DNA from: an uncultured Thermoplasmatales archaeon
GTDB taxonomy: Archaea; Thermoplasmatota; SW-10-69-26
Assembly (NCBI GenBank): GCA_964581775.1
Contig: CAZOQA010000002.1
Span: forward strand, 85,125-149,124
Length of the DNA stretch: 64,000 bases
Direction: 5' to 3'
The translations under genes were made by a program, and so were the position numbers. How positions within the stretch are numbered: the stretch's first letter is position 1; each line of letters starts with the position of its first letter. This document shows positions 17,531 through 26,098 of the stretch, one piece after another. Under the pieces are notes generated by a model, which saw only the letters and a list, made by a program, of their open reading frames with translations, made no database searches and had not been told where the DNA came from.

Positions 17531-17866
17531 ATGACGATCCCCAAGCGCGCCATCAAGATTAGCGGCCACGCCCACCACCGAGCCGTCTCCCGGTTCGGAT
17601 GGACCAAACCACAAGCCACCCGCTCCATCCGCGAAGCCATCCAGCGCGGCGACTGGTACCCCAGCCCCGAGGACCCCCACGAGTACCTCGTGCTCCACCG
17701 CGTCCAAGGAACCCAAACCTGCATCATCTGCGCCATCCAAGACGACACCGTTCACGTTCGCACGCTCTACCCTCTCCGCAACCCCGGCCAACTCCACGCG
17801 TACAAGCAACAGGACGGGCCCTTCACGAGCCGCCAGATCCAACGCCACTACCGGGTCGGGGACTGA
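17531..17866 (+). CDS. hypothetical small basic protein (weak DUF4258-like N-terminus)
   Basis: 111 aa. 'IKISGHAHHRAVSRFGWT...IREAIQRG' loosely recalls the H-x3-R start of DUF4258-type small proteins. Last gene of the AddAB-like block. Confidence 0.4.
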   Translation: MTIPKRAIKISGHAHHRAVSRFGWTKPQATRSIREAIQRGDWYPSPEDPHEYLVLHRVQGTQTCIICAIQDDTVHVRTLYPLRNPGQLHAYKQQDGPFTSRQIQRHYRVGD

Positions 17867-18679
17867 CTACGCGTCGAACACCCGGCCCAAGACGCGATCC
17901 TGGACCTTCGCCGGCAACCACGACGCCAGCACCGCCCCCGCCCACGCCCACCACCCGACCGGGACGCGCGCCGGAACCCACCGACCCGTCAACGCGCGAA
18001 TGATCGCCCCCGCCACCTTCTCCACGGGAATCTCGCCCGCCGCCTCCAAGATCGACTCGTCGATCCGCTCGTACGCGGACCGATGCGGGCTCGCCTCCAC
18101 GTCCACATACCGATCCAGAAGATCCCCCGCTCGGTCCTGGAATTCCGTCCGCACCGGGCCCGGCTGCACGATGCACACCTCCACGCCCGCCTCCCGCAGC
18201 TCGAACCGAAGCGCGTCCGCGACCGCCTCCAACGCCCGCTTGCTCGCGCAGTACGCGCCGTAATAGGGGACCGGCGTGATCGCGGCCTGGCTCGACACGA
18301 ACACCACTCGCCCCTTGGCGGATCGCAACGCCGGGGAAAGCTGCCGGGTCAGCTCGATGGGGCCCGTCACGTTCACATCGAACTGCTGCTGCCACGCGCC
18401 CGGCCCCAGATCCTCGATCGCGCCGGGGATGCCCACGCCCGCGTTGTGCACAAGCCCGTCCAACGTGGACTCGATGCCGACCTCTCGCGCAGCCTCTTGG
18501 ATGCTCTCGAGGCTTGAGAGGTCCAGCCGCACGGGCGTGCAGCCCCGTGCTTTGAGCTCTTCGAGGTCCCCGTCTCGCCGGGCCGTCGCGTACACGGTCC
18601 AGTCCTCCGCCAACAGGCGCGTCACCGTAGCCTCCCCGATTCCGCTTGTGGCCCCCGTGAGCAAGACGCGCCGACCCAT
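17867..18679 (-). CDS. short-chain dehydrogenase/reductase (SDR)
   Basis: 'LLTGATSGIGEA' (TGxxxGxG), 'HNAGV' and the catalytic 'YCASKRALE' (YxxxK). Its stop abuts the convergent gene's stop (TGA/CTA at 17864-17869). Confidence 0.9.
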   Translation of the reverse strand: MGRRVLLTGATSGIGEATVTRLLAEDWTVYATARRDGDLEELKARGCTPVRLDLSSLESIQEAAREVGIESTLDGLVHNAGVGIPGAIEDLGPGAWQQQFDVNVTGPIELTRQLSPALRSAKGRVVFVSSQAAITPVPYYGAYCASKRALEAVADALRFELREAGVEVCIVQPGPVRTEFQDRAGDLLDRYVDVEASPHRSAYERIDESILEAAGEIPVEKVAGAIIRALTGRWVPARVPVGWWAWAGAVLASWLPAKVQDRVLGRVFDA

Positions 18680-18727
18680 CAGCCGGCCGATGCGCGACCA
18701 GCGTAAAACCCCTTCCCGGCACGCATG

Positions 18728-19423
18728 CTATCCCCTGCGCATGTGGGCATGCAAGAACGTCTCGGCCACGCTTGGGACCGAAGACAGGTCCTCGACCACG
18801 CGACAAGCAGCCTCCTCCAAGGTAGGATGGCACGGGTCCAGCGCCAACCCGAGGTCGGCCTGTCTGGCCATGCATGCGTCGTTGGCTCCATCGCCCAGGG
18901 CGGCCGTCATGGGCGCGTTCACGCGGGAAGCCCATGCCTCGAGCACGGACGCCTTGCAGATCCACTGCCCGCAGGCCCCGTGCACGCGCCCGTCCAGCAC
19001 CCTCCCTGTCAGCCGACCAGCCTCGCGCTCGAGGGGGACCCCGATGCTGAAATCCAACCCTAGCTCGCGCCGAGCCCGCTCCGTGGCCAGCCCGTAGCTT
19101 GCGCTTGCCACGCCCACTTGGAACCCGAGCTGGTGCAGCGCGTCCACGGCGCCTTGCGCCCCTTCCCGGAAGGGGACCTCGTGCACGGCTTGCCTGAACG
19201 CATCGAGGGGCACGCCCTCGAACAGGCGGGCGACCTCGAGGGTCTCTCGTTCCCCGGCGGCCAGCTCCCCGCGGTGCTTGTCCCAGATGGCCTCCAGGTC
19301 TTCGCGCACGTCGAATCGGTCGGCCAGGTGGAGGACGGTGCGTGACGTCAGAAGCGTCTTGTCCAGATCGAACAGGAAGACGGGCGCGCTCGAGGGGAGG
19401 GTGCGGTCGGGGGTCGGGCTCAT
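18728..19423 (-). CDS. HAD-superfamily phosphatase, phosphoserine-phosphatase-like (subfamily IB type)
   Basis: ORF 18728-20530 trimmed to ATG 19423. Motif I 'FLFDLDKTL', C-terminal 'LGDGANDACM'. Its ATG overlaps the mpgS stop (ATGA at 19420-19423). Confidence 0.8.
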   Translation of the reverse strand: MSPTPDRTLPSSAPVFLFDLDKTLLTSRTVLHLADRFDVREDLEAIWDKHRGELAAGERETLEVARLFEGVPLDAFRQAVHEVPFREGAQGAVDALHQLGFQVGVASASYGLATERARRELGLDFSIGVPLEREAGRLTGRVLDGRVHGACGQWICKASVLEAWASRVNAPMTAALGDGANDACMARQADLGLALDPCHPTLEEAACRVVEDLSSVPSVAETFLHAHMRRG

Positions 19424-20610
19424 CGTGGCTTCACGCGGAGCCGTTCTTGGTTCTCTGCCAACCATTGGGCGATCTTCTTGAGGTCCCCGTCTTCGGGCGT
19501 GGGCAACGTCATGGGTTCGGGGGGTTCTTGCTCGAGGCCTAGCTCGGCGAGCTCCTCCTGAATGTCGTCTCGGAGCGAGGGTGGGCAGAGCCCGGAGTGG
19601 TAGATGCATCCCAGCGAGCTGGCTAGCATGTCGCGGATGTGGTCCCCGTCGCCGGGCTCGTGGAAGTGGGGGTTCCGGGCTTCGATCTGCAGCACGTCGA
19701 CGCCGGTGCTTGTGATGCCGCGGGAGATCTCCTCGATGCCGCCCCAGCGTTCCAGCATCCAGATCAGCTCCCAGGTTTCTACGGCGTACCCGGCGGCCAG
19801 CGGCATCTTGCGGGCGAGGGTCGCGTTGAAGGCGTGTTCGCCTGCGTTCCCGGTGCGGATCACGTTCGTTTCGAACCCGGTGTGCGTAGCCACGAGCTTG
19901 TTGAGGAACCCGTTCGTGCGGCGGCTGACGCGTCCGCCTTTGCGGAACACGAGCTCGTCGCGGACCTTGGGTTTGCTGTTCCAGACCTCGCGGACGCACA
20001 CGTGGTCGCTTTCCACGTGGGCGAACCCGGCGGCGTAGTTGCGGATGTGCTCGAGCACGGCGCCGGGGACGAAGTTGTCGGAGTCCACGAACCCGATGTA
20101 CTCGCAGCCTTTGGATAGGGCCAGGAGCACGCCCAGCGTCATCGCGCCGCCTTTCCCGTGCCCGACGAACCCGTCTTCGTCGAGCAGCTCGTCGTAGCCT
20201 GCGTCTTCGAGCGCTTTGGACAGGCGCGGGTCTTGCTGGTGGAGGACGGTGTATTCGCGTCCGGTTGCGCGGGAGAAGGATTCGATGGCTTCGCGTTCCA
20301 CGTGGAAGCGGTCGACGGGGCGTCTGCGGGAGTCGGAGATCACGATCACGTCGACGGCTCGGGGGAGGCCCGAGAGGACGCCTTCGAGGAACTTGACGCG
20401 TTCGTCGCAGACGGGGATCACGACGGCCATGCGGTCGAGGACGCGTTCGAGGTCTCCCGAGTTGACGTGGATGCGTCCGGGCACGGCCCCGTTGGGGCCT
20501 CCGGTGCCGTCGAGTTCGAGCACGCGCCACGTCTTGAAGCGGGCTAGCCCGACCTGCTCGATCTCGGGTCGTGCGTGGTACAGCATCGAGGTTCCGTTGG
20601 TCTTGGTCAT
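19420..20610 (-). CDS. mpgS: mannosyl-3-phosphoglycerate synthase (GT55)
   Basis: 396 aa from ATG 20610. The blocks 'RMAVVIPVCDER', 'GFVDSDNFVPGAVLEHIRNYAAGF', 'TGNAGEHAF' and 'ARNPHFHEPGD' closely parallel the Pyrococcus MpgS sequence as I recall it. Confidence 0.88.
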   Translation of the reverse strand: MTKTNGTSMLYHARPEIEQVGLARFKTWRVLELDGTGGPNGAVPGRIHVNSGDLERVLDRMAVVIPVCDERVKFLEGVLSGLPRAVDVIVISDSRRRPVDRFHVEREAIESFSRATGREYTVLHQQDPRLSKALEDAGYDELLDEDGFVGHGKGGAMTLGVLLALSKGCEYIGFVDSDNFVPGAVLEHIRNYAAGFAHVESDHVCVREVWNSKPKVRDELVFRKGGRVSRRTNGFLNKLVATHTGFETNVIRTGNAGEHAFNATLARKMPLAAGYAVETWELIWMLERWGGIEEISRGITSTGVDVLQIEARNPHFHEPGDGDHIRDMLASSLGCIYHSGLCPPSLRDDIQEELAELGLEQEPPEPMTLPTPEDGDLKKIAQWLAENQERLRVKPR

Positions 20611-20726
20611 GGAAGGCTCAACCCTCGTGTCTCCCGTCGGCGGGGCCCTGTCGGGGACGCGGCGTTCGGTCCGGCGGGTCGCGCGGAGCGCGCGAGCCGG
20701 GGGTGTCCTGGCGCAGGTGTCGAGGA

Positions 20727-20741
20727 GGGGAAAAAGAGTCG
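20727..20741 (-). terminator. oligo-T tract downstream of asnB (archaeal-type terminator candidate)
   Basis: The minus strand reads CTCTTTTTCCCC about 95 nt after the asnB stop, in an otherwise GC-rich spacer. Confidence 0.35.
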
Positions 20742-20833
20742 ACCGGGCGTACATGCTCGGAGGGGGCTGTCCTGGGGCGGCAGGGGGGCGTGTCGAGGCG
20801 CAGGGCGGGCGCCTTGGGGGCCCTGGTGCATCC

Positions 20834-22516
20834 TTATCCTCGGCGCGTCGGTTCCTCGGGGGCGACGCCGATGGATCGCTTGACGGTGGCTTCTTCCCAG
20901 GGGGGGATCGCGCCGGCTTGGGCGGCGATGTGGTCCAGGCGCCATTGGAGCGGGATGTCCAGGGTCCACTTGGCGTCCTCGTCGGTGTACTTGTGGCCGT
21001 AGCGTTGGCTGGAGCCGACGACGCCGAGCTGGGGGTCGTACGCATCGGGGGGCTGGGAGCCCTCCACGAGGCGGGCGGCTTCCTTGAGGACCTCCCGGCT
21101 GCCGCTGCCGTGTTGGGCGGCTTCTTTGGGGCGCCAGGCCGTGGACGCGGGCACGCCCCAGGCTTCGGCGAGTTCGCGGTGCAAGCGTTTGCCCATCGCG
21201 TCGTCGGTCCCGTTGAGGTAGAACTCGAGCGGGATGCGCTCGGCGGCTTGCACAACTTCGGGGTCCAGGAAGGGGACGCGAAGCTCGAGGCTTTGCGACA
21301 TGCTGATGCGGTCCTCGCGCTCGAGCGTCTCCTTGAACAGGAGGTCGCGGTCTTCCCGCATGCGGGAGCGCAGCTCCTGGGGCCCGTCCGCTTCGAGCAC
21401 CTTCGGGTACCAGGGGTACCCGCTGGTGAGCTCGTCGGCGCCTTGCCCGGTCAGGAGCACCCGGTAGCCTTCCTCGCGGGCGGCTTGGCACACGGCGAAC
21501 AGGGGCAGGGCGGTCTCGATGTGCAATTGGTTGCGCGCCTCCGTGGCCCTCAACAGCTCGGGGAGCCACGTGGCCACCTCGCGGGGCTCGAGCGGGGCCA
21601 CGCGAAGGTCCAGCCCCATCGCGTCGGCGGTCTCCTTGGCGGCTTCGACGTCCGGCGTCCCGGGGGCGCCCGCGACCCAGCTGGTCGCTTCTTCGCCCAA
21701 GCGCTCGGCGCCTGCAGCCACGAGCGCGCTGTCCACGCCGCCGCTGAGCACGACGACGACGTCCTCGACGTTGCGTACGCGTTTCGCGATGGCGGCCTCG
21801 ACCGCGTCCGCGTACGCGCGGTAGGCGTTCTGGAACGAGTCGATGGTTCCTTCGCGGGGGTCGACGCGGCGCAGGCCCTGGCGGGTGTCGACGCCTTGGG
21901 GGGAGAGGACCACGAGGCTGTTCGGGGGCACGCGCTCGGCGGTCAGGCCCGCGCTCCAGAGGGCTTTCTGTTCGCTGGCGAACGCGAACCCGTCGTCGCC
22001 GTGCCCGTAGTAGAGCGGTTTGACGCCCAGCGGGTCGCGCGCGAGCACAGCGGTGTCCGGGTCCATGACGGCGATGGCGTACTCGCCGTCGATGTCCCCG
22101 AGCGCGCTCTCGACGGCGTCGGGGAGGCTGGACCCGCGCGCGACGTAGCGCTCGATCACGTGCGGGACGACGGAGGCGTCCGAGTCGTGGGCGAGCTTGT
22201 GCTCGTCTTCAAGCTCGTCCCGGAGCTCCTTGTGGTTCCAGATCTCGCCGTTGAACGCGGTCACGAACCCTTGGGTGCAGTCGTGCAGGGGCTGGAAGCC
22301 TTCCTGGCCGGTGATGGCCAACCGGAGGTGCCCGAGCACCGCCTCTCCATCCAGCCCGTCCGTGGGAAGGTCTTGGGCGTGGTCGCTGTGGCATCGGTCG
22401 TGAAGGTCCGCGATCCCGGCTTGGTCTGGGCCCCGGTGCGCGGTGGTTTCCATCATCCCGACGACGAGCTGCGCGTTGTCCTCCGTTCCGAAACGGGCCC
22501 CTGCGATCGAACACAT
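20834..22516 (-). CDS. asnB: asparagine synthase (glutamine-hydrolysing)
   Basis: Start trimmed to 'MCSIAG' (Ntn Cys2) at 22516. 'HRGPD' and the PP-loop 'VVVLSGGVDSALVA'. 560 aa. Confidence 0.9.
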   Translation of the reverse strand: MCSIAGARFGTEDNAQLVVGMMETTAHRGPDQAGIADLHDRCHSDHAQDLPTDGLDGEAVLGHLRLAITGQEGFQPLHDCTQGFVTAFNGEIWNHKELRDELEDEHKLAHDSDASVVPHVIERYVARGSSLPDAVESALGDIDGEYAIAVMDPDTAVLARDPLGVKPLYYGHGDDGFAFASEQKALWSAGLTAERVPPNSLVVLSPQGVDTRQGLRRVDPREGTIDSFQNAYRAYADAVEAAIAKRVRNVEDVVVVLSGGVDSALVAAGAERLGEEATSWVAGAPGTPDVEAAKETADAMGLDLRVAPLEPREVATWLPELLRATEARNQLHIETALPLFAVCQAAREEGYRVLLTGQGADELTSGYPWYPKVLEADGPQELRSRMREDRDLLFKETLEREDRISMSQSLELRVPFLDPEVVQAAERIPLEFYLNGTDDAMGKRLHRELAEAWGVPASTAWRPKEAAQHGSGSREVLKEAARLVEGSQPPDAYDPQLGVVGSSQRYGHKYTDEDAKWTLDIPLQWRLDHIAAQAGAIPPWEEATVKRSIGVAPEEPTRRG

Positions 22517-22704
22517 GACGTCTCCAGCGGGACGGTTACCTTCCAGCCCCCTATCGCGTTTGCTTGCCCCGAACATCTGTAGGCACGGACAAGTACAGGC
22601 GTTCCAAGCGCGGTGCAAGGGTCGACCGTGCCACGCTGTTGTTCGCTTGCTGGATCCGCCCCGTTGGATCGTCCCGTTGGCCGAGGGGCTTGGAGGGGGA
22701 AGGG

Positions 22705-23616
22705 ATGGAGCTGATCATCCAGGGCGTCTTCCGGTCGGGGACCACGATCGTGTTCCAGTGCCTTCGGCGTGACCCGAGGGCTCGATCGTTCTACGAGCCC
22801 TTGCATCCGCAGTTGCCGGAGATGGTGCAAGCCGCTCGGAAGGGCGCTTCGCGACCGTTGAAGAACGAGCTGTTCCGCGAGTACGTGCCGCTGGAGGACG
22901 AGGTGCTCGAGCGGTTCGATCGCTCCTTCGGGTACGACGATGCGGTGCTGGGCGCTGGCGACGAGCATCCGGAGCTGGAGGCGTACCTGCGAGCCCTGGA
23001 CGAGCCGGCCGAGCGCACGAACCTCCAGTTCAACCGGGCCTTCTGGATGATCCCGTGGCTGGCCCAGGCCTTCCCGGAGGCCAAGCTGTTGCACGTCGTG
23101 CGCGACCCGCGCTCCGTGATGTACTCGCAGATGCGAAGGCGCCCCGAGCACGAGTCCGTCGTCTTGGAGGGAGGCCGTCATAACGGGGACCCGGGCGCCG
23201 TCTTCGAGGAGGGTGCCGACTACTCGTACTACTACACGGACCGCTACCTGCGGGTCGGGGACAAGGCCCAGCGCTTGGACGACGACCCCGCCGCGCCGCC
23301 CTACGTGCGGTGGCTTCGCCTGTGGGAGGCCCAGGTGGGGGCCTGCCACCGTGACGGGCATCAGGCCCTGGGGGACCGCTACATGAGCACCACGTACGAG
23401 GCGTTCGCGCGGCACCCAGGGAAGGTCCTCGGGGACCTGTACGACGCGTTGGATCGACCCTGCCCCCCCGAGGTCTCCCGGTTCGCCAAGGAGACCGTTC
23501 ACCCGCCCCGGCCCAAGCCCTGGGAGAAGGACCCCGCGCTGGCCCGACGGTTCGAGCAAGCCATCGAGCAGGCCGGCATCCAGGACACGATGGACACGTT
23601 CCGGTACGAACCCTGA
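22705..23616 (+). CDS. sulfotransferase-family protein
   Basis: Start at ATG 22705, preceded by GGAGGGGG. 'GVFRSGTT' matches the 5'-PSB loop and 'LHVVRDPRSVMYS' the 3'-PB motif of PAPS-dependent sulfotransferases. Confidence 0.7.
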   Translation: MELIIQGVFRSGTTIVFQCLRRDPRARSFYEPLHPQLPEMVQAARKGASRPLKNELFREYVPLEDEVLERFDRSFGYDDAVLGAGDEHPELEAYLRALDEPAERTNLQFNRAFWMIPWLAQAFPEAKLLHVVRDPRSVMYSQMRRRPEHESVVLEGGRHNGDPGAVFEEGADYSYYYTDRYLRVGDKAQRLDDDPAAPPYVRWLRLWEAQVGACHRDGHQALGDRYMSTTYEAFARHPGKVLGDLYDALDRPCPPEVSRFAKETVHPPRPKPWEKDPALARRFEQAIEQAGIQDTMDTFRYEP

Positions 23617-23659
23617 CCCTCAAGGCCCCCCCGGGGCCCGTTTCTACGCTCATCTTTAG

Positions 23660-23667
23660 TTTTTAAG
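23660..23667 (+). promoter_or_regulatory. TATA-like box TTTTTAAG
   Basis: Strongest AT-rich patch in this part of the window (ctttagtttttaagtaccaaaa), 41 nt upstream of ATG 23708. Confidence 0.5.
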
Positions 23668-23707
23668 TACCAAAATGGTATCTATCAGCGCTGGAGTGCT
23701 GGGTTGC

Positions 23708-25390
23708 ATGCTTGAGAAACGCGCGTTGGAGGACGTTCTCGACCTCGACGGGCCCGTCGCCACCGAACCCGACGACCTCGCCGAGGAGCTGCGCATCACG
23801 CGCTTTCCCCACTCCAAGGACGCCACCGAGCGCGAGGAAGCCTTCGCGCAGGAGCTGCTGGAAGCCTTCGGCGAGACCGGGGCCGACGTCGTCGAGTACG
23901 AAGACACGCTGACGACGCTCTCCTTCGACGTCGCGTTCAAATGGCTCAAGCGCGCCCTCGTCCGCACCGTGAAAAGCCCCATCGAGAGCCTCACCGGGGA
24001 CGGCGACGCCTCGTACGAGCAAGCCAAGCGGCCCACGCTCCGCGCCCTCCTCGACGTACGGCTGGGCGATCTGATCAAGCCCGGCCACACGGTCGTCTCC
24101 GTGGGCCAAGGCGAGCCCGGGAACCTCGCCGTGGACTACATGGCCGACTTCCAAGACATCACGGTCCTCACCGTCATCGACAAGCCCGAGCACGTCCGCG
24201 AGGAGATGCCGTTCACCGACCACTACGAGACCGCGCTCGACCTGTTCGCTCAACACATGACGCACATCGTCGTCGGCGTCGGCGAGGACGACTGGTTCCT
24301 GTACAACTTCAACGGGTCCCACCCCTTCTACGGGAAGGACGGAGACCGCACCGAGCAAGTGCTCGCCTCGCTGGTGCCCAAGCTGGCCGCGCCCATCCGC
24401 CCCCCTCGCCTGTCCAACTTCGAGGTGCGCGAGGAAGCCTTCGACCCCACCGACGACCTGCACGCACCCATCGTGGACGAGATCGTTCAAAGCGCCAACA
24501 TGCTCGACGAGAGCGGGCTCTACCCGCCCGGCAAGGACCTCGACGAGCTCGACTGGCACAACGAGTTCTACCGATGGGCCGGCAAGATCCACCTCGACGA
24601 CCGCGCCGGCATGAGCTACGGGTTCCTGGCCCGCCAGCTCCGCACCGAGCTCCCGCCCGTGTGGACCCCGGACGAGGCCGGGAAGCTGCTCGGAGCCAGC
24701 CCCCCCGAGCCGGGTCGAACGAAACGGTACGAGGACCGACTCGTCGCGACGCTGGACACGCCGGATGGCCCCCGCGTGGCCCGCGTGCCCCCCGTGAGCG
24801 TGATGACGCTCCGAAGCGGGTGCGACAAGACCAACCCCGACCCCGAGACGGACCTGGTCAAGCTTGGCCTCGAGGACGGGCAGATGGTCATGGAGACCCC
24901 CGAGGGCACCCTCGTCGAGGACGGGTACCGCCCCAGCTTCGACACGAAGGTCATCCTCGCCCACGCGGTCGGGAACGCGCTCGTGGCCACCCTGCAACAA
25001 GACCTCGACCCGAGCGCCCGGTTCGCCGATCACCTGCAAGAAGAAGGCATGGCGCTGGCGCACTGGCACGGGTACCCGAACCCCGAGCACGTGCCGGACG
25101 GCTGGCACGTGCACGGCGCCGACAAGCCCCCCATCTCCTGTGGGACCCCCCACGCGGCCCTGTTCGCCCTGGAAGGCAAGCTCTCAACCTTCCAGCGGGC
25201 CCTCCAGCACGACCAACCCTTCGACGGGGACGTCCACATCGAGCCCCAGCACGGCACGAACCTGACCCACCGCACCCTCGAGGAGATCGGCCGATACCTC
25301 ACCAAAAGCGACGAGGTCGCAGGCCTCGGCAACGAGCACCTGGACGCGTACAAAGAGCAAGCCAGAACCCAGGCGCAAGCGACCCTGTAA
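23708..25390 (+). CDS. large conserved-looking hypothetical protein (560 aa), no recognisable domain
   Basis: ORF 23675-25390, start preferred at ATG 23708 given the TATA position. Globular, acidic composition. I recognise no family motif. Confidence 0.6.
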   Translation: MLEKRALEDVLDLDGPVATEPDDLAEELRITRFPHSKDATEREEAFAQELLEAFGETGADVVEYEDTLTTLSFDVAFKWLKRALVRTVKSPIESLTGDGDASYEQAKRPTLRALLDVRLGDLIKPGHTVVSVGQGEPGNLAVDYMADFQDITVLTVIDKPEHVREEMPFTDHYETALDLFAQHMTHIVVGVGEDDWFLYNFNGSHPFYGKDGDRTEQVLASLVPKLAAPIRPPRLSNFEVREEAFDPTDDLHAPIVDEIVQSANMLDESGLYPPGKDLDELDWHNEFYRWAGKIHLDDRAGMSYGFLARQLRTELPPVWTPDEAGKLLGASPPEPGRTKRYEDRLVATLDTPDGPRVARVPPVSVMTLRSGCDKTNPDPETDLVKLGLEDGQMVMETPEGTLVEDGYRPSFDTKVILAHAVGNALVATLQQDLDPSARFADHLQEEGMALAHWHGYPNPEHVPDGWHVHGADKPPISCGTPHAALFALEGKLSTFQRALQHDQPFDGDVHIEPQHGTNLTHRTLEEIGRYLTKSDEVAGLGNEHLDAYKEQARTQAQATL

Positions 25391-25432
25391 CCCCGGCGCG
25401 CCGACCCGTTCGAAGAACCCCTCGACAAACCC

Positions 25433-25438
25433 TTTATA
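25433..25438 (+). promoter_or_regulatory. TATA box TTTATA for the MoxR-DUF58 operon
   Basis: ccTTTATAcc lies 40 nt upstream of ATG 25475. GGGAGG lies 6-11 nt upstream of the ATG. Confidence 0.5.
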
Positions 25439-25474
25439 CCTCCAGGGTCAAACCCGTGACGCTCAGGGAGGTCC

Positions 25475-26098
25475 ATGCAAGAGACCACGCGCGCGCTTGG
25501 GATCCTCGCCCTTGCCGTCCTCCTCGTCGCCCCCGTCGCGAACACGGTCCTAGACGAGGCCCTCGCGGCAGCCGACAGGCTCCCCTTCCGCGACGCGGAC
25601 TGGGACATCCAACCCCCCGATCAGGACCCCCCCGAGGACCCGCCCGAGGGCGAGGGGGACCAAGACGGCGACGCGGACGCGCCCACGCAAGGCGGGGCAA
25701 GCTGCCCCCTCCAACGGGACATCGTCGCCCTGTTCAACCACCCCCCCGTCGATGAAGACCCCCTCGACGCGACCGCGGCCCGCAGCGACTCGACGGGCAC
25801 CCCCGCCCAACGAACCTTCGAGGTCACCAACCGGACCCGCGGGCTCGGCATCGCGTTCGAGGTCGACAACGCCACGGGCACCCTCGAAGCCCTCGTCCAC
25901 GCCGACGGCCAAGAAGACACCCCCGCGTTCTCCGTGGACAAATCCAACCCCGCCCCCGACTCCCTGAACGTCACCGGCACCGTGACGCCCCCCGAACTCG
26001 AACCCGGCCCCTGGATCGCCCAGCTTAGCCACGAATCCCACCACGACGAGCTCGTGTTCTTCGTCGTGGCGTTCTCCTGCCAGGAGGCCGACGCGTGA
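25475..26098 (+). CDS. secreted/anchored acidic protein (hypothetical), first gene of the MoxR operon
   Basis: N-terminal hydrophobic segment 'ALGILALAVLLVAPVA', an acidic Pro-rich linker, then a beta-rich C-terminal part. Its stop overlaps the next start (GTGA). Confidence 0.55.
   Translation: MQETTRALGILALAVLLVAPVANTVLDEALAAADRLPFRDADWDIQPPDQDPPEDPPEGEGDQDGDADAPTQGGASCPLQRDIVALFNHPPVDEDPLDATAARSDSTGTPAQRTFEVTNRTRGLGIAFEVDNATGTLEALVHADGQEDTPAFSVDKSNPAPDSLNVTGTVTPPELEPGPWIAQLSHESHHDELVFFVVAFSCQEADA

Noticed and set aside
18728-20530. A 600-aa single ORF spanning the HAD and part of the mpgS locus
   Set aside because: Its N-terminal 369 codons are Arg/Pro-rich out-of-frame readthrough of mpgS. 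The HAD protein starts at ATG 19423, and mpgS is in another frame (19420-20610).
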